Assembly: GCA_028826165.1 (NCBI GenBank)
Contig: JAPDFW010000119.1
Location: 62,001 to 126,000, forward strand
Source of the DNA: Anaeramoeba ignava BMAN
Lineage: Eukaryota; Protista; Anaeramoebae
DNA length: 64,000 nt
Direction: 5' to 3'
Numbering within the stretch: position 1 is the first letter of the stretch; each line of letters opens with the position of its first letter. A program made the translations under genes and the position numbers. The notes beneath the pieces were generated by a model, which was not told the DNA's origin, did no database searches, and worked only from the letters and a program-made list of their open reading frames with translations. Shown piece by piece: positions 28,579 through 41,350 of this stretch.

Positions 28579-29460
28579 ATGCAAAAAACTTTTCAATTTA
28601 ATTTTTCAAATAAAAAATACATTTTCAATTATCAAATTATTCAAAATGAAAATTCAAATAATTTTATATTATTTTTACATGGACTTGGATGTTCTTCAAA
28701 GTATTATTTACAAGAGGAAATTGTTTTGAATTCATTCCCAAATTCTAATTTAATTTTTTATGATTTTATTGGACATGGAATTAATTGCAAAAATGAAGAA
28801 ATAATAAATGAAAAAGAATCAAAATTATTCGAAATGGAAAATCAAGCATATATTGTTGAAAATTTGCTAAGTATTTATTCTTCAAAACTTGAGAAACTAA
28901 CAATAATTGCTCACAGTATGGGAGGAGCAATTGCCATTTTAGCTATAAATCAAATGATCCAAAAGCAATCCAAAAAGTTCCCAATTTTTTCAAAAGGAGT
29001 TTTTTTCAATATTGAAGGAAATTTAATTGCTGAAGATTGCGGAATTATCACAGAACAAACGATAGATCTTTTCTCACAAAATCCAGAAAAATTTTCTGAA
29101 GAAAACATTAATAATTTAATCAAAAATGCTTGTGATTCTGAAATTTCGAAAAAATGGATCGAAATGGCAAAACTTGTTCAAAAAGATTTTTGGGTTAATT
29201 CTGTTAAATCTTTAGAATATTGGTCAAAAAATGGAGATTTATTCTCAAAATTTATTGAAATTAATGAGAGTTCTTTATGGAAAGTTTATTATGTTTATGG
29301 AGAAAAATCTTCAGGAAATTTAACAAAATTAAAAGAATTATTATTAAATTCTGAAATTTCTTTAATTGTAATTCCTGAATCTGGACATTTTCCAATGTTT
29401 GAAAATGGGAAATATTTCTATGAAAAAATAAGAGGAAAAATAAAAGAAAATTTGAACTAA
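28579..29460 (+). CDS. Alpha/beta hydrolase, intronless
   Basis: FLHGLG oxyanion loop, AHSMGG nucleophile elbow, NIEGNL, SGHFPMFE catalytic His. Confidence 0.9.
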   Translation: MQKTFQFNFSNKKYIFNYQIIQNENSNNFILFLHGLGCSSKYYLQEEIVLNSFPNSNLIFYDFIGHGINCKNEEIINEKESKLFEMENQAYIVENLLSIYSSKLEKLTIIAHSMGGAIAILAINQMIQKQSKKFPIFSKGVFFNIEGNLIAEDCGIITEQTIDLFSQNPEKFSEENINNLIKNACDSEISKKWIEMAKLVQKDFWVNSVKSLEYWSKNGDLFSKFIEINESSLWKVYYVYGEKSSGNLTKLKELLLNSEISLIVIPESGHFPMFENGKYFYEKIRGKIKENLN

Positions 29461-29553
29461 TCAAAAAAAAATATTTTTATTTATTTGGAATTTGGAATTT
29501 TAAATTTGAACTAATCAAAAAAAAAATATTTTTTTTATTGATTTGATTTGATT

Positions 29554-31581
29554 TTAAATTTTTTCATAAAATAGCATATAAGCGTTGCAACCAAGAACTT
29601 CAGCCATACTTACTGGTTGACTGAATCTGTCAGAAATGTGAATCCATTGATCAATTAAATATTGTTTGTTTAGGGATTCAATTGTCATTTTTTTATAAGC
29701 AGTAAAATGACCAGAAGATTCTGGACCATGATGAACAATAACAGATTTCAATTCGTATAATCCATCTTTTTCTTTTGAATCAATATCGGAAATTTCTGCG
29801 ATATATTCCAATCCTTTTTTCTGTTGTTTTCTACGTATATATGATTTGGAAAGATCCAAAAAAGGTGAAGAATTTTCTGAATTTTCTGAATTTTCGAAAT
29901 TTCCTTTAAATTCATTAATATTCAATCTTCAAAACAAATGAATAAACAAAAAAACAAATGATTTAGAATTTTGTTTTGTGTTTTTTTTTTGTTGTTTTTG
30001 CTTACAAAAATGGGAAAGAAACAAAATTCTCAAGTTTTCTAATTTTTTGGATTTTTGGATCGTAAATTTTTCTTTGTAAATGAATACATAATATTTTTGG
30101 TAAAATAGTGAATTTTGTTAGTTTTATCATTGTTGATTTTGTTTTGATTAAGTTATCATAAAAAGTGTCAGAATCCCAAGAATTAGTTTCTCCCTCAAGA
30201 AGTAGATTTTCAAAGTTGTTTATTTTTTTTTGTAAAAATTGAGTTGATTTTTGAGATAAATTTTTTGATTCGTGATTCAATGAATATTTAGTCAACATAT
30301 TTGTTTTAATCAAAGAACAATTTGGACAATCAACTTCGTCCACAAATTCATTTGAAAAGAAATTCTGAAGTAAATTTTCAAGTGTAAATGATTGATTTTT
30401 TTGAGGTGCTTCTTGTGGAAAACTTAATGAAATTTCGTGATTAATAAAATATTTAATTCCAGAATTTCTTGAACATTTTTTGCAAATTAATTGAGTTTGT
30501 CTTATTCCTGTAAATGGATTAATTGAATCCTTAAATTTTTGTGTTTCCTCTAGATTTTGTAATTGATATGAATGTTTTGAAAATAAATTTGCTTTTTTTT
30601 CACTGAAAATGTTTTTCTTGTTTAAAATGGAATTTATTTTTGTTAATGAATTTTTTTGAGAATGATTTTTTTTTGTTGAATTTTGTGTTTCAATTGAATC
30701 AAGAATTTTGATTAATAATTCATGAGAATCTTGAGTTTGTAAATCGAAGTAATTTTCGTGAATATAATTAACTAGAACAAGAGGTGAAACAACTTTTTTT
30801 TCGAAAGAAATGGATTGAATTTCTAAATTTTAATTTTAATTTTTTAATTTTAATATTAATTTTAATTTTATAAATGAATTTTAATTTTAAATTTAATTTT
30901 AAATTTAAATTTTAATTTTAATTTTAATTTGGATTTTAATTTTAATTTTAATTTTATAAATGAATTTTAATTTTAATTTTATAAATGAATTTTAATTTTA
31001 ATTTTAATTTTAATTTTATAAATGAATTTTAATTTTAAATTTAATTTTAAATTTAAAATTAATTTTAATTTTATAAATGAATTTTAATTTTAATTTTATA
31101 AATGAATTTTTATAAGTGAATTTTAATATTAATTTTAATTTTATAAATGAATTTTAATTTTAAATTTATAAATGAATTTTAATTTTAATTTTAATTTTAA
31201 TTTTGATTTTAATTTTAATATTAATTTTAATTTTATAAATGAATTTTAATTTTAATTTTATAAATGAATTTTAATTTTAATTTTATAAATGAATTTAATT
31301 TTTTAAATTTAATTTATTTTTAATTTTATAAATGAATTTTAATTTTAATATTATAAAAATAATATACCATTTAAAAATGGTAATAATAAATGACCAATAG
31401 TTCCTTCAGAAGGATTTAATAATAATAAACTTTGATAAAAACTTGTACAACTTGATAAAGATTGTAATAATGCATTAAGATAACAAGATCCTCTAATATT
31501 TACTAATCCTGTTGCATAAATTCTTACACTTTTTCCTTTTTCTTGTGTTTTTGATGATTTTAAAGAAGAAATTTCACTCAT
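29554..31581 (-). CDS. Ubiquitin-specific protease (peptidase C19, USP30/Ubp16-like); exons 31581-31368, 30822-30006, 29926-29554
   Basis: Cys box GLVNIRGSCYLNALLQSL, QDSHELL, LPKILCIHLQR, His box VHHGPESSGHFTAY, WIHISD, AYMLFYE. Confidence 0.92.
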
Positions 31582-31695
31582 TTATTATTAAATATTAATA
31601 AATAATAATTATATTATTTAATTAAAAAAAAAATGAAAAATTTTTTTGAAATTTTTTTTTTCATTTTTTTTCATTTTTTTTTTTACTCTTTTGAA

Positions 31696-34600
31696 ATGTC
31701 AGATTTAGATGATTTAATTAATGAAGAAATTAACAGTAATATAAGGAAATTTAAAACAATTGGTAAATCAAATAAAAAAAGCAAATTTTCAAAATAAAAA
31801 TAAAAAAATAAAAAAATAAATCCAAAAAAAAAATATTCATTTTTAAATTAATTTTTATTATGTAAAAGATAATAAAATTTATTCAGGACCAGATATAAAA
31901 CCATTAAATAAAGAAAATAAAGAAAATAAAGAAAATAAATTAAATAAAGAAAATAAAGAAAATAAATTAAATAAAGAAAATAAAGAAAAAATAAAAAATA
32001 AAATAAAAATAAAGAAAAAAAGAAAATCAATTAAATAAAGAAAAATAAAGAAAATAAAGAAAATAAAGAAAATAAAGAAAATAATTAAATTAAATTTAAA
32101 GAAAATAAAAAAATTATGAATTTTCTTTAAATAAACAAAAGAAAATTTAAATAAAATAAATTCAAATTAAATAAAAATAAAATCAGAAAATGATTATAAA
32201 GAAAATCAAGAAAATAAAGAAAATGAAGAAAATAAAGAAAATAAAGAAAATCCAATTAAATTAATTCCATTTTTTGTCGGATTCAATAAAAAATATTATG
32301 ATATTTTCTTTAATGAACAAAATCAAGATTTAAATAATTCAAATTCAAATTCAAATTCAAATGAATCAGAAAATGATTATCAACAAAATTTAAAAAAATA
32401 TTCACCAAAAAAATTAAATGAATTACCTGAATTTCCCCAAATTGATAAATTTAAAACATTTGTTGAATTTGAACAAGCAGTTCTTGAATGGAAAACATTA
32501 TCAAAAAAATATATTGGTTTTGGTAAATTACCACAACCAATATAAATAATTTTAAATTAATAAATATTTAAATTTAAAATATATTTAAATTAATATTTAA
32601 TAAATATTTAAATTAATAAATAATATTATTTAAATTAATAAATAATATTTAAATTTAATAAATAATATTTAAATTAATCAATAATATTTAAATTAATAAA
32701 TAATATTTAAATTAATAAATATTATCTAAATTAATAAATATTTAAATTAATAAATATTTAAATTAATAAATATCTAAATTAATAAATATCTAAATTAATA
32801 AATAATATTTAAATTAATAAATATTATTTAAATTAATAATAAATATTTAAATTAATAAATATTTAAATTTATAAATAATAATTAAATTAATAAATATTTA
32901 AATCAATAAAAATATTTAAATTAATAAATAATATTTAAATCAATAAATATTTAAATTAATAAATAATATTTAAATTAATAAATATTATCTAAATTAATAA
33001 ATATTTAAATTAATAATAATATTTAAATTAATAAATATTTAAATTAATAAATATTTAAATTAATAAATAATATTTAAATTAATAAATATTATTTAAATTA
33101 ATAAATATTATTATTTAAATTAATTTTAAATTAATATTTTAAATTTAACAAATATTTAAATTAATAAATATTTAAATTAATAAATAATATTTAAATTAAT
33201 AAATATTTAAATTAATAAATAAATTAATTAATAAATATTTAAATTAATAAAAAATATTTAAATTAATAAATATTTAAATTAATGAAATAATATTTAAAAA
33301 TAATAAAAAAATTTTAAATTAATAAATATTTAAATTAATAAATATTTAAATTAATAAATATTTAAATTAATAAAATAAAATTAATAAAATTTTAAATTTA
33401 AAATTTAAATTAATAAATATTTAAATTAATAAATATTTAAATTAATAAATATTTAAATTAATAAATATTTTAAATTAATAAATAATATTTAAATTAATTA
33501 AATTAAAATATTTAAATTAATAAATATTTAAATTAATAAATATTTAAATTAATAAATAATATTTAAATTAATAAAATATTTAAATTTAAATATTTAAAAT
33601 TAATAAATATTTAAATTAATAAAATATTTAAATTAATAAATATTTTATTAATAAATATTTAAATTAATAAATATTTAAATTAATAAATATTATTTAAAAT
33701 AAATAATATTTAAATTAATAAATATTTAAATTAATAAATATTTAAATTAATAAATATTTAAATTAATAAATATTTAAATTAATAAATATTTAAATTAATA
33801 AATATTATCTAAATTTAAATTTAAATTTAAATTTAAATATTTAGTCAAGCATTGAAGATGAAATCACAGCAAAATCTTCAGAAATTGAATCTGATAGAAA
33901 AATATCTTTTGATCATCGAAAATCTTCAGATTCTTCATTCAAATATACAGACAAAATTATGAACGTATTAGATAATCCAGAAAAAAACTCAGAAATGATT
34001 AATCTTTCATCTGATCAAGAATTTTCAGAAGTAAAAAAATAAATAAAAAGAAAATAAAAAGAAAAAAAGAAAGTTAATTCAAAAAAAATAAATAGCCTTT
34101 ACCTCAATTTTTAACAAAGAAAACCTCCATTTTGGATGAAAATGATATTTGGAAACACCAATTATTTATTCCACCTCCAGAAGAAGAATTTTATTCAAGT
34201 TATGAAGGTTATTAAGGTTATTATTATTATTGTTATTATTTTTTGAATATTTTTTGAATATTTAGTATCCAAAAAAATCAAAAACGAAAAAAATCAATTT
34301 ATAGAATTTGAAAATGCTTATTTAAATTGGGCTAATTTAATGAATAATGAATTAAAAATAATTCCTCCTCATCCTAAACAAATTAGTGAACTTTATGGAA
34401 TTAAAATCCAAGAAAAAAAGAAAAAACAAAAAAAAGAACAAACGGAAAACGAAAAAAGTTCAGATCCTCAAGTATTTTTCATAAAAATAAATCACAAAAA
34501 TAAAAACATGCCAATTTTTCATGTTCAAAATTGTTATTAAATCCAAATTTAGAAGGAAGAAAAGAAATTACTTGAAAATCTTGATAATCAAGTTTCAAAA

Positions 34601-36766
34601 CATTGGATTTGGATCAAAAATTTTGAAAAATACATTTTAGAATTTTCTTATATCACAGAAATGAATTCACTGAAGAATATCCAATTATTTTATCGAGAAG
34701 AAATCATAACAAATGAAAATGAAAATGAAAATGAAAATGAAAAAAATGGAAAAAATGAAAAATTATCAATTGGAATTTCATCAAATTTTTTTCAAGAACA
34801 AAATAAAGATTTGGATGTTCAAAAATGGAAGGACCATAAAATGTTTCAATTAACAAACTATCGAATCCAAGAATTCTTTTCGCAAATTTTACTTAAAACA
34901 CAGTCAAATATCAGAGATTTTCGTTTAAATTCAAAACCATTAGTTGGGGTTGTTAATGGAATTATTCCAGTTGGTGGAATTCAGAAAAAACCAGAAAGTG
35001 TTGAGACTAATAATATTCATTTCGATATAATTAGTTCTTCCATTTTAATCAGGGATGATATCAATGAAAGACTCAGAAATCGATCTTTTTTACTTCCCAA
35101 AAAAGTCAATGTAGAAAATGAAAAAAAAAAGAAAGAAAATCAAAATTAAAATTAAAATTAAAATCAAAATTAAAATTAAAATTAAATTCAAAATTTAAAA
35201 TTTAAATCAAAATTAAAATTAAAATCAAATTCAAAATCAAAATCAAAATTTAAAATCAAAATTAAAATTAAAATTAAAATTAAAATTAAAATTAAAATTA
35301 AAATCAAAATTAAAATTAAACTTAAAATCAAAATTAAAATTAAAATTAAACTTAAAATTAAAATCAAAATTAAAATCAAAATTAAAATTAAAATTAAAAT
35401 TAAAATTAAAATTAAAATTAAAATTAAAATTAAAATTCAAAATCAAAATCAAAATCAAAATCAAAATCAAAATCAAAATCAAAATCAAATTTAAAATTAA
35501 AATTAAAATTAAAATCAAATTTAAAATCAAAATCAAAATTAAAATCAAAATTAAAATTAAAATTAAAATTAAAATCAAAATTAAAAATTAAAATTAAAAT
35601 TAAAATTAAAATCAAAATTAAAATCAAAATTAAAATCAAAATTAAAATCAAATTTAAAATTAAAATCAAAATCAAATTCAAAATCAAAATCAAAATCAAA
35701 ATTCAAAATCAAAATCAAAATCAAAATTTAAAATTAAATCAGGGTAAAAATGTGTTGTTTGAAGTTCCAAAATATGATATTCAAGAAAAATTAGATTTAT
35801 CAAGAATTCAAAAAGATCCAGAATATGTGAAAAATCTTCAGAATCAATTAATAAGATTGGATCAATTACATCAAATCAATTCAATAAAATTTTCCAATAA
35901 CATCTTAAAATTTCAAAATCAAGTAAAACGAAAATTTATTTTGGAAATGATTATTTTTTCAAAAATTATTTATGAAATCATTTCATTTGCTTTTTTTTTA
36001 GGATATTTTGTTTCAAAAGCAAGAGATTCATGAAATGATTGAAGATTTACAAACTTTGGGTTCAGAAAGTTTTTATAAAATATTCAAAACATCCATTCCT
36101 TTAGATCGTTTTAGTGATTTTATTTCTGATTTTGCAGCTATTCAAATTCACGAAATTTCATATTCACAAATTATACAAAATTTCTTATTAGAAAAAAATT
36201 TTGAATATGTTTTCGAACTTTTTGAACAAACATGCAGTTTTATGTCACAAGCAAAAGTAGAAAACAATTAAAAATTTAAAATCAAAATTTATAAATTCAA
36301 AATTTAAAATTAAAAATTTTAAATCAAAATTCAAAATTCAAAATTTAAAATTCAAAATTCAAAATTCAAAATTTAAAATTTAAAATTCAAAATTTAAAAT
36401 TCAAAATTCAAAATCAAAAATTTAAAATCAAAATTTAAAATTCAAAATTTATAATTAAAAATTTAAAATTTAAAATTCAAAATTCATAATTAAAAATCAA
36501 ATTTTTAAATCAAAATTTAAAATTCAAAATTTAAAATTCAAAATTCAAAATAATTTAAAGATTTCCGAATTTCTTTCAACATTTTTGGAATCTCAAAATA
36601 CACTTGTTAAAATTGAAGAATTTGCAGAAAAAGGAAATGTTGAATTTATATACAGTTTTGCAAATGCAATGAATATTTTAGAAGAAATTCCAGCTTTAAT
36701 ATTTCCATTGAACAAAGAAATGCCTTTTTATGTTAAAAATGTTAATATTCAAAATTAATCCAAAAA

Positions 36767-36798
<32 letters not shown>

Positions 36799-38611
36799 CA
36801 ACTCAATTTTAATTGGAAATGATTTGATTTTATTTTATTTTAAATTTAATACGATTTAGTTGTTTAAAGAACCAACGTCAGAAATTGAAAATTATATTTT
36901 TATTCACTATTGTTTGTTTCTTATTATGAAGAAATTTAAAAACAGAACTCAAGCTTTTACTTTCGCCGGAAATATTGACATGTTTCTTCAATTTATCAAA
37001 CAATTCACAAAAAAATTTCATGAAATTCTTGCCTCAAAATTTACACAGCTTTATTCCAATTTTATAACAGCAATTTCTTCACGTTCATTTTCAATATCAT
37101 GTCATTACACATTTCTATTAAATCATTTACTCCAAGTTTTGGATCCAACAATATTTGTAAAAAAACAAATTAACAAGAAAATCAATTTGGAATTTGGAAT
37201 TCAAAAATATTTAAGGATAAAATTCTCTTGTTTTATTATTTTTTTTAGGAACTTTTCACAAAGAATAACATCAAAATTATTGATGACATTCGTATTTTAA
37301 CAAGAAGTAAATACTCTCATGTCCAGATTTTTTGCCAAAAAATTTGGGAAACAATGCTCAATAACTCAAATTGGATTGGATTTATTGTGAATTATTATTC
37401 GGATAATTTTTCAAACATAATTGGCGATTTATCTTTTGCTTTGAAATCAAAACAAAACACACAAAAAAATGTTGTTTCTCACAATCAAGAAAACCAAAAA
37501 CCACAAAAAGCATCATTGATGGCAATTTTGGTGGATAATTTATTCGAGAAATTATTTGATTCCAAAAAAACAAACCAACTTTTCGATATTTTATCATCGA
37601 AACTTTTAACACCAACCTTGTTTTCAAATTTGATTCTTGTTCTTGAAGGATTTATAGCAAGCAAATCGCAAAACGAATCATTGGTCCTATTTTCAAAATT
37701 TATTCGCATGATAATTCAATCATACAGTGAAAAATATCTGCAAAACATGCGAAAAGATCAGCAAATGCATTTGACAATAAATATTTCGAAAGGAAGCATC
37801 GAAAAAATACTATTCATCATATCATCAACACCCGCAATTCTTGATGAAGTGAAAATCAATTTGGTTGCGGCGTTAAATTCAATGATGAAAATTGACCATT
37901 TTTTCAATGATATTGTGAAACTCTCTGGTTTTTATTCAACCATAATCGATCTTTTCAGATCAACAACTACATTTGGATTAAGTTTTGAAATTTGGAACCT
38001 TTTTTTCGAAACAATTGTTTATCATCCTGGGTTTGTTGACGTTCTCGCTCAAAACAAACAATTGCAATTTATTCTTGAATCCATTTCAACTACTTCTTAT
38101 CTGCCTATTTTAATCATTGGTTTGAAACATTTGGATAAGATTTTTAATATGGCAAAAGATGAGGAAATTCGGATCAACAAATTTAATCAGCCAACAAGAA
38201 TTACAGAAAAAAACTCCTTGAAATCAATTGAGAAGGATTTGAAGAATTTTTGTGATTTTTTTTTGGATAACTCTTTGTTTGTCAAATTGCATATGATTTT
38301 GAAGAAAATTGAAGGAGTTTCTCAAGGTTTAATTTTTGTTGTAAGTGAAAAAAAGCAAAAAAAAGCAAAAAAAAGCAAAAAAAAAAATTCTCAAAAAAAA
38401 AAAATTTTTTTTTTCTTAGAATCTTTCTTCAGTTTATCATACAATCGCAAATAATGAAAGTTGCTTGAAAATTTATACTCAAGCTATTAAAGGTGAACAA
38501 TATTCTCTTGGTTTCAAGTTTATGAATTCTTTTTACAAATCTTCAAAAAACAAATCAGAAAAAAAAAATCCTAAAAATCGATGGAGAAGAACTTTTTCAA
38601 AACGCAAATGA
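31696..38611 (+). CDS. Multi-exon scaffold resembling Dictyostelium Sca1 complex scaffold ScaA
   Basis: Repeated FPQIDKFKTFVEFEQAVLEWK and PPPEEEFYSSYE|EFENAYLNW..IIPPHP motifs, VPKYD, helical C-terminus ending LFVKLHMI; more than ten short or satellite-filled introns. Family recognised from memory; exon boundaries only partly resolved. Confidence 0.65.
32550..33840 (+). repeat. ~16-bp satellite (AAATTAATAAATATTT)n filling a ScaA-like intron
   Basis: About 1.3 kb, almost pure A/T. Confidence 0.93.
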
Positions 38612-38806
38612 ATAATAAAAAAGAAAAAAACCAAAACTAAAAAACTAAAAAACTTTTTCATTTTTTTTTTAATTTAAAATTCATTATTATTTAATTCTTC
38701 ATAATTTGATTTTTGTTTTTGGAAAATTTGATCAAAAAGAAAAAAAGGAAAAAAAAGTGGAACAAAAGTAAAAAGAAAAAAAGAAAAAAAGAAAAAAGAA
38801 TTGTTT

Positions 38807-40127
38807 TTAATTATTTTGAGTTGGATTTTGTTGAGGATTATAAGTTGAAAAATCAGGGAAATTCATTCCAACAGGACCTTGATAATTATTATCAGGACCT
38901 TGATAATTAGGTTGAAAAGCTGGTTGATAACTTGGTTCATAATTTGGTTGTTGATAATTAGGTTGAAAAGCTGGTTGATAAGTTGGTTCTTGATAATTTG
39001 GTTGATAACTTGGTTGATAATTTGGTTGATAATTTGGTTGATAACTTGGTTCATAAATTGGTTGTTGAATTGTTGTTGTTATTGTAACTGGTTTTATGGA
39101 TATACTATTAGCTGATGAATTATAAGCTGCTAATCTTTTTTTTTGTGCCTTTTTTTTTTAAATTTTGATTTTAATTTTTGGATTAAATTTGATTTTAATT
39201 TTGATTTTGATTTTGATTTTAATTTTGATTTTAATTTTAATTTTAATTTTGATTTTAATTTTTTTAATTTTGATTTTAATTTTGATTTTGATTTTGATTT
39301 TAATTTTGATTTTGATTTTGATTTTAATTTTGATTTTGATTTTAATTTTAATTTTAAATTTGTTTTTAATTTAAATTTTGATTTTAATATTAATATTGAT
39401 TTTAATTTTAATTTTGATTTTAATTTTAATTTTAATTTATATTTTGATTTTGATTTTAATTTTAAATTTGTTTTTGATTTTAATTTTAATTTAAATTTTA
39501 ATTTTGATTTTGATTTTAATTTTAATTTTGATTTTTGATTTTGATTTTGATTTTAATTTTAATTTAAATTTTAATTTTGATTTTAATTTTAATTTATATT
39601 TACTCTTCTTGCTAAACAAACACAACAAATAGAAAGAATTATAACACCTGCTATTGCTCCAAAAATTGCTCCTAAAATCTAATTTAATTTTAATTTAATT
39701 TAATTTAATTTAATTAATAAAAATAAAAAAATTGGATTAAAATTGAATTATACTTTTGCTAAATATCCAGGACAATCACTTTTGAAATACTCCCAATTAT
39801 TGCAATTATCATTATCAAATCTTGTTTAAAAAGAGAAAAAAAAAAGAGAATTAAAATTATTTTAAAAAGATTTTTTTTATAAAATATAAAAATAATTTTA
39901 ATTACATGCTATCATAACATTGTTCATTATCTTTACACCAATCACAAGAGTAATCATCTAAACAAGAAGTACAAGATGTTTTTGAACTAAAAATAAACAA
40001 ATTTTGTTTATTCAGTTTTTTTTTGTTTATTTTATTTTATATTGTTTATTTTTTATTTTTTATTTTACGTGCAAGTTGAACTTAAAACATAACCAATAAT
40101 AACGAGAAAATAAAAGAAACCATACAT
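38807..40127 (-). CDS. PSI-domain single-pass membrane protein, copy A (5 exons)
   Basis: MYGFFYFLVIIGYVLSSTC | SKTSCTSCLDDYSCDWCKDNEQCYDS | FDNDNCNNWEYFKSDCPGYLAK | ILGAIFGAIAGVIILSICCVCLARR | AQKKRL..(YQPN)n..GMNFPDFSTYNPQQNPTQNN*; GT-AG junctions. Confidence 0.85.
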
Positions 40128-40319
40128 TTTTATTCTCAAAAGAAAGAAAGAAAAAGAAAGAAAAAGAAAGAAAAAGAAAGAAAAAGAAGAAAAATGATTT
40201 TTTTTCCCTAATTTTTTTATTTTGATCAGTTCAAATAATTTTTTAATAAATTTTTTAATTGAATAAAAAATTGAAAATAGAAAGTGGAATAAAAATGAAA
40301 TCAAAATAAATATTTGATT

Positions 40320-41178
40320 TTAATTATTTTGATATTGATTTTGTGGAGGATTATAAGTTGAAAAATCAGAGAAATTCATTCCAATAGGACCTTCATAATT
40401 AGGTTGATAATTATTATCAGGATCTTGATAATTTAATTGGAAATTTGGTTCTTGATAACCTAATTGGAAATTTGATTCTTGATAATTTGGTTCTTGATAA
40501 TTTGGTTCATAAATTGGTTGTTGATAATTTTGTTGTTGATAAGTTGGTGTTAAACTAATTGTATTATCTGATGTTTTATGTTCTTCTGATTTTAAATCCT
40601 ATATTTTTTAAATTTTGATTTTGATTTTGATTTTGATTTTGATTTTGATTTTAATTTTGATTTAGATTTTGATTTTGATTTTGATTTAGATTTTGATTTT
40701 AATTTTAATTTTGATTTAGATTTTGATTTTAATTTTAATTTTGATTTTGATTTTGATTTTGATTTTGATTTTGATTTTGATTTTTGATTTTTGGATTTAA
40801 TTTTAATTTTGATTTTGATTTTGATTTTGATTTAGATTATAATTTCATTTAAATTAAATTTTGTGAATCAATAAAAACTAACTTGTTTTTCGGATTGTTC
40901 TTCATGATAAATTAAACGCCATTTTTGTTGATCTGATAATAAACGCATAGCTTTTTTTTGTATATTGGGAATTTTGAGATCATTCTATTAAAAATTAAAT
41001 TTCCAAAAATTAAAAAAAATGAAATTTTAAATGAATAATAAAATTGCTTTTTCCGAACCAGAAAATTTTCAAATTTTTCATTCAATTCCTGTTTTGAAGG
41101 TAATGGTGGTAAATTATTTGATTGAATATTTGATGATTTTTCTATCTCGTATGTTGGCTTTACAATACAATTTCCCAT
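40320..41178 (-). CDS. Chimeric array member B: MGNC + formin GBD-like N-terminal segment spliced to the family tail exon; exons 41178-41059, 40984-40883, 40598-40320
   Basis: MGNCIVKP..PPLPSKQELNEKFENFL | NDLKIPNIQKKAMRLLSDQQKWRLIYHEEQSEKQ | DLKSEEHKTSDNTISLTPTYQQQNYQQP..GMNFSDFSTYNPPQNQYQNN*; both introns are phase-0 GT-AG. Confidence 0.65.
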
Positions 41179-41350
41179 TTTTTGTTTTAATTTGTAAATC
41201 AAATTTTAATTTTGATTTTGATTGAAGAATAAAATAAAATAAAAGGAGAAAATGAAAGAAAAAAAATGAAAAATATTTTGGAAATTTAATTGAATAAAAA
41301 ATTGAAAATTAAAAGTGGAATAAAAATGAAATCAAAATAAATATTTGATT

